64,000 bases of DNA from Ramlibacter sp. (GTDB taxonomy: Bacteria; Pseudomonadota; Gammaproteobacteria; Burkholderiales; Burkholderiaceae_C), in NCBI GenBank assembly GCA_019635415.1, contig JAHBZN010000006.1, positions 23,034 through 87,033 on the forward strand, read 5' to 3'. The notes beneath the pieces were generated by a model that searched no databases, was not told the DNA's origin, and worked only from the letters and a program-made list of their open reading frames with translations. Of the stretch, positions 8,975 to 19,748 are shown one piece after another (the first letter of the stretch is position 1; the number at the start of each line of letters is the position of its first letter). A program made the translations under genes and the position numbers.

Positions 8975-10080
8975 GCGCCGATACTAGCGCCTGTATACCG
9001 CCTGCTGCGTTGACCCCCTTGCCCCCCACTTTCCTGGCCCGCGTGGCGCTGACCCTGGCCCTGGCGCTGGCTGCGGCCGAAGCCTGCGTGGCCCTGCACA
9101 CCCCGATTCCCTGGATGATCGGTCCGCTGCTGGCGACGGCCGTCGCGTCGGTTCTGGGCGTCCCCACCGCCAGCTGGACGCCGCTGCGCAACCTCGGGCA
9201 ATGGGCCATCGGCTCGGCGCTGGGCCTGTATTTCACGCCCCAGGTGACGGCGCTGGTCGCAGGCCTATGGTGGGCCATCGTGCTGGGCATTGTCTGGGCG
9301 CTCGGGTTGGGCGGTGTCTTCGGCCATTGGCTGCACCGCGGCCATGCGCATCGCTTCGGGGGCACGCCGGTCCAGCAGCGGGCGACCAGCTACTTTGCCG
9401 GGGCCATCGGCGGGGCCTCCGAGATGACCCTGCTGGCCGAGCGCGAAGGCGCGCGCACCGACCTGGTGGCGGCGGCCCACAGCCTGCGTCTGCTGGTGGT
9501 CACGCTGACGATTCCGTTCGCTTTCACCTTCAGCGGCCTGCATGGCATCGACCTGGCGCCGCCCGGGCCGCGCCAGGTGGACTGGCCGGGCTTTGCGCTG
9601 CTGGCGCTGGCCACCGGCGTCGGGGCCTGGATCATGCGGCGCCTCGGTCGGGCCAATCCGTGGTTCATGGGGGCGCTGGTCGTGGCCATGGGTTTCACCA
9701 TGGCCAGTGTCCACCTGTCGGCCCTGCCCCAGGGGCTGACCAACGCGGCGCAGCTGTTGATCGGGGTGAGCCTGGGTGTGCGCTTCACACGCGATTTCCT
9801 GCACGCGGCGCCGCGCTGGCTCGTGTCGGTGGCGCTGGGCACGGTGCTGATGATCGGCCTGTGTGCCGGCTTTGCGTGGCTGTTGTCATGGGGTACCGGG
9901 CTGCATCCGGCCACGCTGGTGCTGGGGACTTCGCCGGGCGGCATCGCCGAGATGGCCATCACCGCCAAGGTGCTGCAGCTCGGGGTGCCCGTGGTGACGG
10001 CATTCCAGGTGTGCCGCCTGGTGGCGGTGCTGGTGCTGGTGGAGCCACTCTTTGTGTGGCTCTACCGGCGCGGGAGCTAG
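8965..10080 (+). CDS. AbrB-family (duplicated AbrB/AmoA-like) integral membrane protein
   Basis: Polytopic membrane protein with PWMIGPLLATA and a second-half repeat (NPWFMGALVV). The start is uncertain: GTG 8965 overlaps the divergent ChaN start, so a downstream TTG or GTG is likely. Confidence 0.7.
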   Translation: MSACADTSACIPPAALTPLPPTFLARVALTLALALAAAEACVALHTPIPWMIGPLLATAVASVLGVPTASWTPLRNLGQWAIGSALGLYFTPQVTALVAGLWWAIVLGIVWALGLGGVFGHWLHRGHAHRFGGTPVQQRATSYFAGAIGGASEMTLLAEREGARTDLVAAAHSLRLLVVTLTIPFAFTFSGLHGIDLAPPGPRQVDWPGFALLALATGVGAWIMRRLGRANPWFMGALVVAMGFTMASVHLSALPQGLTNAAQLLIGVSLGVRFTRDFLHAAPRWLVSVALGTVLMIGLCAGFAWLLSWGTGLHPATLVLGTSPGGIAEMAITAKVLQLGVPVVTAFQVCRLVAVLVLVEPLFVWLYRRGS

Positions 10081-10095
10081 TCCTCCCGCCGCAGG

Positions 10096-10377
10096 TCAAT
10101 GCATGACCAGCGGGTTCTGCGCCAGCCCGGCGTAGCCGTCCAGCGTGGTTTCGACCTCTTCCTGGGTGGGTGTGTTGAGCTGCCAGGCGTTGATCTGCTG
10201 CTGGAACAGCTCGGCCCAGGAGCCGTCGAGGTACACCTCCTTGTTGGAGCGCTTGTCCACGATCTCGAAGCCATGCCGGGCCAACTGCGGCGTGTCGCCG
10301 TGCGGCGGATCACCGGCAGCCTCGTCGGCCTGCATGTGGACTACCACGAACGATTCGGAGTCGTAGAGCATTTGCAT
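10096..10377 (-). CDS. DUF3567-family small protein
   Basis: 93 aa: MQMLYDSESFVVVHM...GFEIVDKRSNKEVYLDGSWAELF. Conserved in Burkholderiales next to DUF3108. Confidence 0.6.
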   Translation of the reverse strand: MQMLYDSESFVVVHMQADEAAGDPPHGDTPQLARHGFEIVDKRSNKEVYLDGSWAELFQQQINAWQLNTPTQEEVETTLDGYAGLAQNPLVMH

Positions 10378-10491
10378 CGGGTTTCCTTCTCTGCTTGCCT
10401 GGATTACGTAGCAACGTTTGCGCCAGTTTCAAGGCGGACCGGGTTTTCCCAAAGAAACGCCCGGTTCAGTGCAGATTACACGGTGCGGCGC

Positions 10492-11562
10492 TCAGGGCTT
10501 GTCGGTGGCCAGCCACTGCTGGTCGGCCCAGTCGCCGTTGGCCTGTGTCAGCTTCAGGCGCACGGGCAGGTAGTCCATGTCGGGCGAGAGCCAAAGTTCT
10601 ACTTTCTGGTCGAACTCGTGGCGCGGGTTGCGGATCAGCTTCAGGGTGCGGCGCTCCCCGCCCGGCAGGGCCAGCGTCTCGGCAGCGGCCACCGTGAACA
10701 CCCAGACATCCGCTTCGCGCACGCTGGCCGTCTGGACCGCGAGGCTCGTGCCGGGCTTGAAGCGCGCCGGATCGCCGGCCACCATGGCGCCAAGCTGGAT
10801 CAGCAGGCTGAGGCGGTCCTGGGCGCCGGGCTGCAGGGCCACGGAGGGCGCGTTGTTGCTGAAGCTGATGCGGCCCTTGTCGCGCTCGAAGTGCGCGGCC
10901 TGCTCGCTGCGCGACCGGTCCGAAAAGCGCACGGGAGCCAGACCGTCCGGGGTCACCCGGCCCACGCTGGTCTGCTGGCGGGTGCCGACGAGCAGCGCGC
11001 TGATCTCGAGCCGGGCCTGGTAGTTCGATCCGTCGTGGCTCCATTGCAGCAAGCCGTCAGCGCGGTAGGGTATGTGGCGGACCTCGCCGCGCACTTCGTA
11101 GCGCAGCCGCGTGGATCCCGGGAGGGAGAAGGCCGCGGGCAGGGGTTGGACGTCCTGAGCGGCGGGCGGTGGGGGCGTGGCTGCGGCGACCTCGGCTGGC
11201 GCGGCAGTTGCTATGATTTCAGTAGCGTCTGATGGCCGACTGGCAAGGGCTGCAGCCTCTTTGGGTGCCTCAATGGCGGCATGATTGGCTGCTCGCTGGA
11301 GCCGAGCGGGCGCGGGCATCGCCAGCACACTGGCCACGGGGGCTGGTTCAGTGCGCGACGCAAGCGGGGCTGGGGCCGGGGTCGCAGGGGCAATGGTTCG
11401 CACGGTCAGCGGAGGAGCGAGCCCTGCTGCGCGGGGGACAGGCGCCTGCAGCGTCAAGGTCCCAGGCGGGTGGCGCAGCGCCAGCAGGTGCGCCGCGAGC
11501 ACAGCCACCGTCAAACCCGCCAGCAGGCGCCACGGCGGCCGGGGGCCGGGGGCCAGCGTCAT
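10492..11562 (-). CDS. DUF3108-family protein with N-terminal anchor and Ala/Pro-rich linker
   Basis: C-terminal half (RLRYEVRG...LQWSHDGSNYQARLEI...KVELWLSPDMDYLPVRL) is typical of DUF3108. Overlaps the upstream IclR gene by ATGA. Confidence 0.65.
   Translation of the reverse strand: MTLAPGPRPPWRLLAGLTVAVLAAHLLALRHPPGTLTLQAPVPRAAGLAPPLTVRTIAPATPAPAPLASRTEPAPVASVLAMPAPARLQRAANHAAIEAPKEAAALASRPSDATEIIATAAPAEVAAATPPPPAAQDVQPLPAAFSLPGSTRLRYEVRGEVRHIPYRADGLLQWSHDGSNYQARLEISALLVGTRQQTSVGRVTPDGLAPVRFSDRSRSEQAAHFERDKGRISFSNNAPSVALQPGAQDRLSLLIQLGAMVAGDPARFKPGTSLAVQTASVREADVWVFTVAAAETLALPGGERRTLKLIRNPRHEFDQKVELWLSPDMDYLPVRLKLTQANGDWADQQWLATDKP
11208..11272 (+). repeat. Dispersed repeat, copy b (inside the DUF3108 Ala/Pro linker, antisense to the gene)
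   Basis: ttgctatgatttcagtagcgtctgatggccgactggcaagggctgcagcctctttgggtgcct aligns with copy a with two small gaps. Confidence 0.6.
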
Positions 11563-12335
11563 CCGCGGTGCCCCAGGTCATGGGACAACTGGGCCGCCGC
11601 CGCGCGCAGCGGCGTCAGCACCGCGCCCTCCCAGTCCGGGTCGAAGGTGGCGACCGATCCCAGCGTCACGATGCCCAGCACCATATGCCCGTCGGCGTCG
11701 AACACCGGCACGCAGAAGCCGACGATGCCCGGCAGCAGGGTGTCCACCACGCGGGCCGCGCCGCGCTGGCGCACGTCGTCCAGCAGGGATTTCACTTCCG
11801 CGAGGCTGCCCGGCACGTCGGTGCGGCCGGACTTCTGGGCGCGCGCCAACTCGTCGCGCAGCATCGGGGTGATCGCGTCCAGCGCCACGTGCGCCGCGAA
11901 GCAGCGGCCGGTGGCGGACGACAGCAGCGGCATCACGTCACCCAGGCGCAGATTGACGGTCACCGACTGCGGCGATTCCTCCCAGTGCACGATCGTGGGA
12001 CCATGGTTGCCCCAGACCGCCAGGGCGATGGTGTGGCCCACCTGTTCACGCAAGGCCCCCACGCGCTCCCGCGCCAGCTTGACGGCATCGAGCCGCTCGA
12101 GCGCCGACAGGCCCAGCTTGAGCGCGGCCGGGCCGAGGTCGTAGCGGGTGGTGCCGGGGTCCTGCACCACGAGTTCGAGCCGCTGGAAGCTCACGAGATA
12201 GCGGTGCGCCTTGGCGGCGCTCATGCCCGCAGCCGCCGCGAGGTCGCGCAGCATCAGGGGCCCGGCGGCCTGACCCAGCACCCCGAGCAGGGCAAAACCG
12301 ACCTCAACTGACTGGATGCCTGCTCGCTCTTTCAT
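11559..12335 (-). CDS. IclR-family transcriptional regulator
   Basis: wHTH (LGVLGQAAGPLMLRDLAAAAGMSAAKAHRYLVSF) plus an IclR effector domain. 258 aa. Confidence 0.88.
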   Translation of the reverse strand: MKERAGIQSVEVGFALLGVLGQAAGPLMLRDLAAAAGMSAAKAHRYLVSFQRLELVVQDPGTTRYDLGPAALKLGLSALERLDAVKLARERVGALREQVGHTIALAVWGNHGPTIVHWEESPQSVTVNLRLGDVMPLLSSATGRCFAAHVALDAITPMLRDELARAQKSGRTDVPGSLAEVKSLLDDVRQRGAARVVDTLLPGIVGFCVPVFDADGHMVLGIVTLGSVATFDPDWEGAVLTPLRAAAAQLSHDLGHRG

Positions 12336-12435
12336 GGCCTGGACGAATTCTTATACAATTACGTTTAGGTAAATTCATTTAACAATGCGTAATGTCTTGG
12401 GACTGTAGCGCATTCATCCTCCGGGGACAAACACC

Positions 12436-13461
12436 ATGAAACTCGCTACCTACAAAGACGGCTCGCGCGACGGGCAGCTCGTCGTGGTCTCCCGCGACCT
12501 GAGCACGGCGCATTATGCGACCGGCATCGCCCAGACCCTGCAGCAGGCGCTGGACGACTGGAACTTCATCAGCCCCCAGTTGCAGGACCTGTACACCACG
12601 CTGAACCAGGGCAAGGCGCGCCATGCGTTCCCGTTCGATCCGGCCCAGTGCATGGCCCCGCTGCCGCGGGCCTACCAATGGGCTGACGGGTCGGCGTACA
12701 TCAACCATGTGGAACTGGTGCGGGCCGCGCGCAACTCCGAAGTGCCCGAGAGCTTCTATACCGACCCGTTGATGTACCAGGGGGGCAGCGATGACTTCAT
12801 CGGCCCCTGCGACGACGTGGTCTGCCCGAGCGAAGCCTTCGGCATCGACTTCGAGGCCGAGATCGCCGTGATCACCGGCGACGTGCCCATGCGCAGCACG
12901 CCTGAGCAGGCGCTGGAGGGCATCCGCCTGCTGATGCTCGCCAACGACGTGAGCTTGCGCAACCTGATCCCGACCGAACTGGCCAAGGGCTTCGGCTTCT
13001 TCCAGAGCAAGCCGGCCACGGCCTTCAGCCCGGTGGCCGTCACGCTCGACGAAGTGGTGGTCAATGGCGAAAGCGCCTGGGACGCCGGCCGGCTGAACCT
13101 CACCATCCAGAGCACCTGGAACGGCCGCAAGGTCGGCATGTGCGACGCCGGACCGGAAATGACCTTTCATTTCGGCCAGCTCATCGCCCACATCTGCAAG
13201 ACCCGCAACGTGCGTGCAGGCAGCATCGTGGGCAGTGGCACCGTGAGCAACAAGGGCGTGACCGACGCCAACGGCAAGACCGACTGGCCCAAGGGCTACA
13301 GCTGCATCGCCGAGAAGCGCGCGATCGAAACCATCCAGGACGGCAAGCCCAGCACCGAATTCATGAAGTACGGCGACACCATCCGCATCGAAGTCAAGGG
13401 CCGGGACGGCCAGAGCGTCTTCGGCGCGATCGACCAGAAGATCGCCGCGCCCAAGGGCTGA
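12436..13461 (+). CDS. Fumarylacetoacetate hydrolase (FAH)-family protein
   Basis: 341 aa. FAH-fold motifs (DFEAEIAVITG, GTVSN). Divergent from the IclR gene. Confidence 0.85.
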   Translation: MKLATYKDGSRDGQLVVVSRDLSTAHYATGIAQTLQQALDDWNFISPQLQDLYTTLNQGKARHAFPFDPAQCMAPLPRAYQWADGSAYINHVELVRAARNSEVPESFYTDPLMYQGGSDDFIGPCDDVVCPSEAFGIDFEAEIAVITGDVPMRSTPEQALEGIRLLMLANDVSLRNLIPTELAKGFGFFQSKPATAFSPVAVTLDEVVVNGESAWDAGRLNLTIQSTWNGRKVGMCDAGPEMTFHFGQLIAHICKTRNVRAGSIVGSGTVSNKGVTDANGKTDWPKGYSCIAEKRAIETIQDGKPSTEFMKYGDTIRIEVKGRDGQSVFGAIDQKIAAPKG

Positions 13462-13576
13462 CCCTTCGCTGGGTCACTCAGGTGAAATAATCACCTTGCG
13501 CTGGTAACTTGGAGGGTATTGCTCATCGCGAGCGGCGTCTAGACTCGGTCTTTATGCCAGCATCCCCCCCTCGCTT

Positions 13577-15214
13577 GTGAAGTGCTCGTTCCGTTCGCTG
13601 CTCACGCCCGGCTGTGATCGGGTTGCCACTGTTCGCTTCACGTGCCCGTTTTGCCGCAAATCGTGCGTGGTGTGCGGACAGCACACGGATTCCATCAACG
13701 CCACCATGCTTTGCGATTGCAAAGTCGTGCCGACTAGGGCAATCCTGCTTCCTTCCAACCCATGGTTGAACCAGGAGAGCCGGCTCAAGAATGATCTCGT
13801 CAAATTTGCCCGCGAACGCAGGTCGCAGGTGACCGAAATTGTGTACGTCGGGGTGACCTTTCGTACCGATGGCAGTGGCAAGGCTCATCTGGAGCACGAT
13901 TGCGCGGCGATCCTTGCCATGAACCAGATGCTCAACAAGGAGGGCGGCAGGCTCTTCCCATTCACCATCAGGCCTGTGACGCTGCCTCGGGGAGCGGGCG
14001 GACCGGATACCCCCACGCGTCGGCCGGACTGGACTGATCTGGACGACATTCATCTGCTCTACATCCCGGGCGCGCCTACCGCGAACGACACCCAGGAAGG
14101 ATCCTCCCTGGCGCCAGAGCTGAATGAAGAGGAGCGGGATCTGAATCGCCAGATCATGCCGGTCCAGAAGCCCAAGGAAAAAGGGCCCGCGTTCCAACAG
14201 CGCATGGATAAATACCTGCGCATTCAGGGCGAGCATGTCAGTCGGGCGGCCTACGAGCTGCGCTTGCTGGGGATTGCACGGGCCCGCGGCATTCCCGTTC
14301 TGGCTGTATGCGCGGGCTCCTGGCGTCTGCTTGAAAGCTATGGCGGCAAAGTCCGGACGCTGGCCATTGAGCCTCGCGGCTCGCATAAGGCTGTTAAGCC
14401 CGGCGACACATGGAAGCTTGAACACCAGCTCCAGCTTCTGGGAGGCCGAAACCTGGTCAAGTTAATGCTGACCAAGCGACACGAGCATCTGGTCAAGAAT
14501 CGGGCGCCAACGATCAAACTAACCAGTGTCGAAGGCCAGACGACGACGTTGGTCGAGCCACATGTGGTTCTGAGCGGCGTCAACACCACCCATTGGGCCG
14601 TGGCATCGACACAGAGGGCGCCCCGTATTACCCTGACAACCCCGGAAGGGGTCACCACCACGCTTGTCGAACAAGGGCCGCATCAGCTGTCGCCTGGCAC
14701 CGGTTCACCATCTGACTGGCTGGAAATCACTGCAATGGATCCTGACACGGACACTGTTGAAGCGTTTGAAGCGCTCTACGGTGCACCAACCCTCGGAATT
14801 CAGTGGCACCCGGAATGCTACCTGCCTGGCATGCCCGGTGAGGGCAGCGGCAGCGATGCGGTACAGGCTCTCAGCAAGACATTGTTCGAACTCATGGGCG
14901 TATCCGCGTTGACGGTGAAGCGGCGCCAGGATGTCATCAAATCCCTGACGCTTGAGGGCAAAGCCTTCGACATGCTCTGCGACAGTGCACGGGCGATGGC
15001 GCTGCAAAAGATGGTGGAGGCAGGAAATTTCTATATCGGCGCCTGCTCCACTTTGCCTACTCACCTGTGGTCGCCGCGCATGCTTGCGGTCAGTCAGGCC
15101 ATCGACATTCTGGGTGATTACTGCAAGGAGGTGATTGCCGGAAAAATGGTGGGGGCGGCCTTCTTGTTCCGCGATGCCAAGAGCATCCTGAATGGATATG
15201 GCGTATCAATCTGA
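13577..15214 (+). CDS. Atypical class-I glutamine amidotransferase-like / peptidase C26 (gamma-glutamyl hydrolase-like) protein with a large insertion and a unique C-terminal domain
   Basis: Nucleophile-elbow context GIPVLAVCAGSWRLLESYGG and the His-Glu motif LGIQWHPE are split by about 150 aa that contain a 38-aa-period duplication. The region is A/T-richer than its flanks. The start is uncertain (GTG 13577 or ATG 13706; neither has a clear SD). Confidence 0.6.
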   Translation: MKCSFRSLLTPGCDRVATVRFTCPFCRKSCVVCGQHTDSINATMLCDCKVVPTRAILLPSNPWLNQESRLKNDLVKFARERRSQVTEIVYVGVTFRTDGSGKAHLEHDCAAILAMNQMLNKEGGRLFPFTIRPVTLPRGAGGPDTPTRRPDWTDLDDIHLLYIPGAPTANDTQEGSSLAPELNEEERDLNRQIMPVQKPKEKGPAFQQRMDKYLRIQGEHVSRAAYELRLLGIARARGIPVLAVCAGSWRLLESYGGKVRTLAIEPRGSHKAVKPGDTWKLEHQLQLLGGRNLVKLMLTKRHEHLVKNRAPTIKLTSVEGQTTTLVEPHVVLSGVNTTHWAVASTQRAPRITLTTPEGVTTTLVEQGPHQLSPGTGSPSDWLEITAMDPDTDTVEAFEALYGAPTLGIQWHPECYLPGMPGEGSGSDAVQALSKTLFELMGVSALTVKRRQDVIKSLTLEGKAFDMLCDSARAMALQKMVEAGNFYIGACSTLPTHLWSPRMLAVSQAIDILGDYCKEVIAGKMVGAAFLFRDAKSILNGYGVSI

Positions 15215-15258
15215 ATCCGGTCGCCCGTCGGGCGCGCTTCATTTCTGGAATAGGACTA

Positions 15259-15651
15259 TCACAGACACCGCGGCAGCACCAGCGCCGCGCGTTGCACGAA
15301 TTCGAATTCCCCGTCGGCTATGCCGTCGCTGGTGAAATCAAAATGGCACTGCGTGCCGAAAAGCGCCCCCGCCTTGTCCGTCAGCGGTACGCCCACCTAG
15401 CTGTTGACCATACCTTTGTAGGCGTGGCCCTCCAGCCGGTCATCGTGCGCGGTGTCCATCGCGATGAAGCTGCCTTCGTGCATCACGAAGTGGCAGAAAC
15501 TGTCGGACAGCTGGATCTCCAGGATGGCCGTGGCGTCGAAGTCGTGGACCTTGCCCACCAGTACGGCGCTGCGCAGAGGTGCTTTGTCGGGCCGGTAGAT
15601 GGAGGTGAAACGGTGCGGCACGCGACTGCTCAGGAACTGCAACCCTTGCAT
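15259..15651 (-). pseudogene. GAF-domain protein interrupted by an in-frame TAG (15397-15399)
   Basis: The translation reads ...EGHAYKGMVNS*VGVPLTDKAGALFGTQCHFDF.... The stop sits where GAF proteins have the conserved S-Y-x-G-V-P-L tyrosine, and the frame stays open to the TGA at 15259. Confidence 0.65.
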
Positions 15652-15711
15652 CAGGCCACCCGTGTGTAGGCAGGTTTCGAAATCGGAGAGTGGGGAAGTC
15701 GTTCGCGGACG

Positions 15712-17130
<1,419 letters not shown>

Positions 17131-17145
17131 GCGCGGGGGTTCTCC

Positions 17146-18921
17146 TCAGATGACGGTGTCCCACGGCGCTGACAGGCGCACCGCGGCGTTGATGATCCCG
17201 ACCATGGAGTAGGTCTGGGGGAAATTGCCCCACATCTCGCCGGTGTGGGGATGGGTGTCCTCGGACAGCAGCCCCAGCGGATTGCGCCGCGCCAGCATGG
17301 TCTCGAAGATGTCGCGCGCCTGCGCCTTGCGCCCGATGCGCGCCAGCGCGTCAATGCGCCAGAACGTGCAGATGTTGAAGGCCGTTTCAGGCTTGCCGAA
17401 ATCGTCGGGTGCCTCGTAGCGGCGCATGTAGGGGCCGTCACACAGCGACGCCTCCAGCGCGTCCACGGTCGCCAGGAAGCGCGGATCGTGCGGGTCGATG
17501 AAACCGACCTCGGCCATCAGCAGCACGCTGGCGTCGAGGTCGCGCCCGCCAAAGCTTTCGGCAAAAGCCTGGCGCTCATCGCTCCAGGCCTCGCGCAGGA
17601 TGCGCTCGCGGATGGTGTCGGCGCGGTCGCGCCAGTAGCGGATGCGATCGGGCTGGCCCAGGGTGACGGCCACCTTGGACAGCCGGTCGCAGGCGGCCCA
17701 GCTCATCAGCGCCGACGAGGTGTGCACCCGTGCCCGCGTGCGCAGCTCCCACATGCCGGCGTCGGGCTGGTCGTAGAGCCGGAAGGCCTGCTCGCCCACG
17801 GCTTCAAGGTGGGCGAACTCGGCCAGCCCCGCGCGGCGGAACAGCCGCTGGTCGTGAAAGGACTGCGCGGCACCCAGGACGATGTTGCCGTAGACGTCGT
17901 GCTGGAAGTGCTCCTGCGCCTGGTTGCCCACGCGCACCGGCCCCATGCCCCGGTACCCCGGCAGGTGGTCGAAGATGGCCTCGGGCAGCTGCTCCTCCTG
18001 GCCCACGCCGTACAGCGGCTGGATGTGGCCGCCGCCCGACCGCACCACCACATTGGTCAGCCAGCGCAGGTAGTCCTCCATGGTGCCGACCTCGGACAGG
18101 CTGTTGAGCGCCCGCACCACGAAGAACGCATCGCGCAGCCAGCAATAGCGGTAGTCCCAGTTGCGCTGGCTGCCGGGGGCCTCGGGAATGCTGGTGGTCA
18201 TCGCCGCCACGATGGCGCCGGTGTCCTCGAACAGCGACAGCTTGAGCGTGATGGCCGCGCGGATCACCGCGTCCTGCCATTCCAGCGGAATGGCCAGTCG
18301 CCGGGCCCAGGTGTGCCAGTAGCTGGCCGTTTCCTTCTGGAAGCTGTGGGCCGTGTCCTCGATGCCGCCGTTCAGCGTCTCGTCGGGGCCGAGGATGAAG
18401 TTCATCTGCCGGTCGACCACGAACAGGGTGTTGTCCAGCAGGTAGTTCAGTGGCGCATCGGTGGTCAGGCGCAGGGTCTGGCGCGTGCCCACGTAGCGGA
18501 TGTGGTGGCTGCCCTGGGTCAGCTCGGGCGCCTGCCGTCCCCACTCGAAGCGCGGCTTGAGCCGCACGCGCAGGCGGGGTGTGCCGGTCAGCGCCTTCAC
18601 GCGCCGCACCAGCGTCAGGGGCCGGAACATGCGGCCGCGGTTCAGGAAGCGGGGCGCGAAGTCGGTGATCTCGACGCCATGGCCCGCACGGTCGAACAGG
18701 CGGGTTTTCAGGATCGCGGTATTGGGCTCGTACTGCTGCTCGCTGCGCGCGAAATCTTCCAGCTCGAAGGCCCACTCGCTGCCGCCCGCATCGTCCAGCA
18801 GCGCATTGAAGACCGGATCGCCGTCAAAGCGGGGCAGGCAGCACCAGACGATGCGCGCCCGGTCATCCACCAGCGCGCTGTAGGCGCAGTTGCCGATCAT
18901 GCCGAGATTGAGATGGCTCAT
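17146..18921 (-). CDS. Glycoside hydrolase family 15 (glucoamylase/trehalase-like)
   Basis: 591 aa. TSIPE...NWDYRYCWLRD and a C-terminal (alpha/alpha)6 region. The position between otsB and otsA is typical. Confidence 0.88.
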   Translation of the reverse strand: MSHLNLGMIGNCAYSALVDDRARIVWCCLPRFDGDPVFNALLDDAGGSEWAFELEDFARSEQQYEPNTAILKTRLFDRAGHGVEITDFAPRFLNRGRMFRPLTLVRRVKALTGTPRLRVRLKPRFEWGRQAPELTQGSHHIRYVGTRQTLRLTTDAPLNYLLDNTLFVVDRQMNFILGPDETLNGGIEDTAHSFQKETASYWHTWARRLAIPLEWQDAVIRAAITLKLSLFEDTGAIVAAMTTSIPEAPGSQRNWDYRYCWLRDAFFVVRALNSLSEVGTMEDYLRWLTNVVVRSGGGHIQPLYGVGQEEQLPEAIFDHLPGYRGMGPVRVGNQAQEHFQHDVYGNIVLGAAQSFHDQRLFRRAGLAEFAHLEAVGEQAFRLYDQPDAGMWELRTRARVHTSSALMSWAACDRLSKVAVTLGQPDRIRYWRDRADTIRERILREAWSDERQAFAESFGGRDLDASVLLMAEVGFIDPHDPRFLATVDALEASLCDGPYMRRYEAPDDFGKPETAFNICTFWRIDALARIGRKAQARDIFETMLARRNPLGLLSEDTHPHTGEMWGNFPQTYSMVGIINAAVRLSAPWDTVI

Positions 18922-19670
18922 GCGGACACCTTTTGCTTGTTCGCCACGGCGTGGGCGAGTTCGTGGCGCAGGGACTGCGGATCCTCCAGCCGGTGCCGCG
19001 CCAGCGTGGGCCCCGGTCCGACCTTCACGCCCAGGCCGCCGTGGCGCTGGACCGCGCTGAAACCGGCCTCGTCCGTGACGTCGTCGCCCACGAACAGCGG
19101 CTGGCGGCCCGCGAAGGGCGGCTCGTCCATGAAGGCGTCGATGGCGTGGCCCTTGCCGACACCGCCCGGCTTGGCCTCCAGCACCATCTTCCCGTGCAGC
19201 AGGGTCAGGCCGGGCGACTGGTCGATGGCCGCCTGCATGACGGCCAGGCAGGTGTCGGCGAGCTCCGGGGCCTGCCGGTAGTGCAAGGCCACCGAGCCGC
19301 GCTTGAATTCCACACGCAGGCCTGCGTGCCGGTCCGCGAGCGCCTGCGCGGCCTGCTCCACCGCGTCGAGCGCGAAGGTGGGCAGCAAGGCGAGCGAACC
19401 GTCAGCGCGCCGGCGCTCTGCGCCGTGCACGCCGGCGACGGGCAACCGCAAGGGAGCAAGGAAACGGTCGATCTGCTCGATCGGCCGGCCGGACACCACG
19501 GCCAGCGCGCCGCCCAGGTACGCCGACAGCGACTGCAGCGTGGCGCCCAGGCTGTCGGGCACCACCACCGACTCGGGCTGGTCCGCCAGGTCCACCAGCG
19601 AGCCGTCGAAGTCCAGGAACAGGGCGCACGAGGGGCGGAGCAGGTCGACGAAATTCATTGACCCGACCAT
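18918..19670 (-). CDS. otsB: Trehalose-phosphatase
   Basis: HAD motif FLDFDGSLVDL, GKG...VGDDVTDE. Overlaps the GH15 start by 4 nt. Confidence 0.9.
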   Translation of the reverse strand: MVGSMNFVDLLRPSCALFLDFDGSLVDLADQPESVVVPDSLGATLQSLSAYLGGALAVVSGRPIEQIDRFLAPLRLPVAGVHGAERRRADGSLALLPTFALDAVEQAAQALADRHAGLRVEFKRGSVALHYRQAPELADTCLAVMQAAIDQSPGLTLLHGKMVLEAKPGGVGKGHAIDAFMDEPPFAGRQPLFVGDDVTDEAGFSAVQRHGGLGVKVGPGPTLARHRLEDPQSLRHELAHAVANKQKVSA

Positions 19671-19748
19671 ACCAGCCCCTGTGTGCAGCGCACAAGACGC
19701 GGCCGGCGTGCCGGTTTGTAGGAGGCAGCCTACGCCGCCCGCTGCGCG

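Noticed and set aside
12336-12435. A/T-rich divergent IclR/FAH promoter region with an ATTACG...CGTAAT inverted repeat, a possible IclR operator.
   Set aside because: The half-sites are short (6 nt) and 24 nt apart. I cannot separate this from chance without comparative data.
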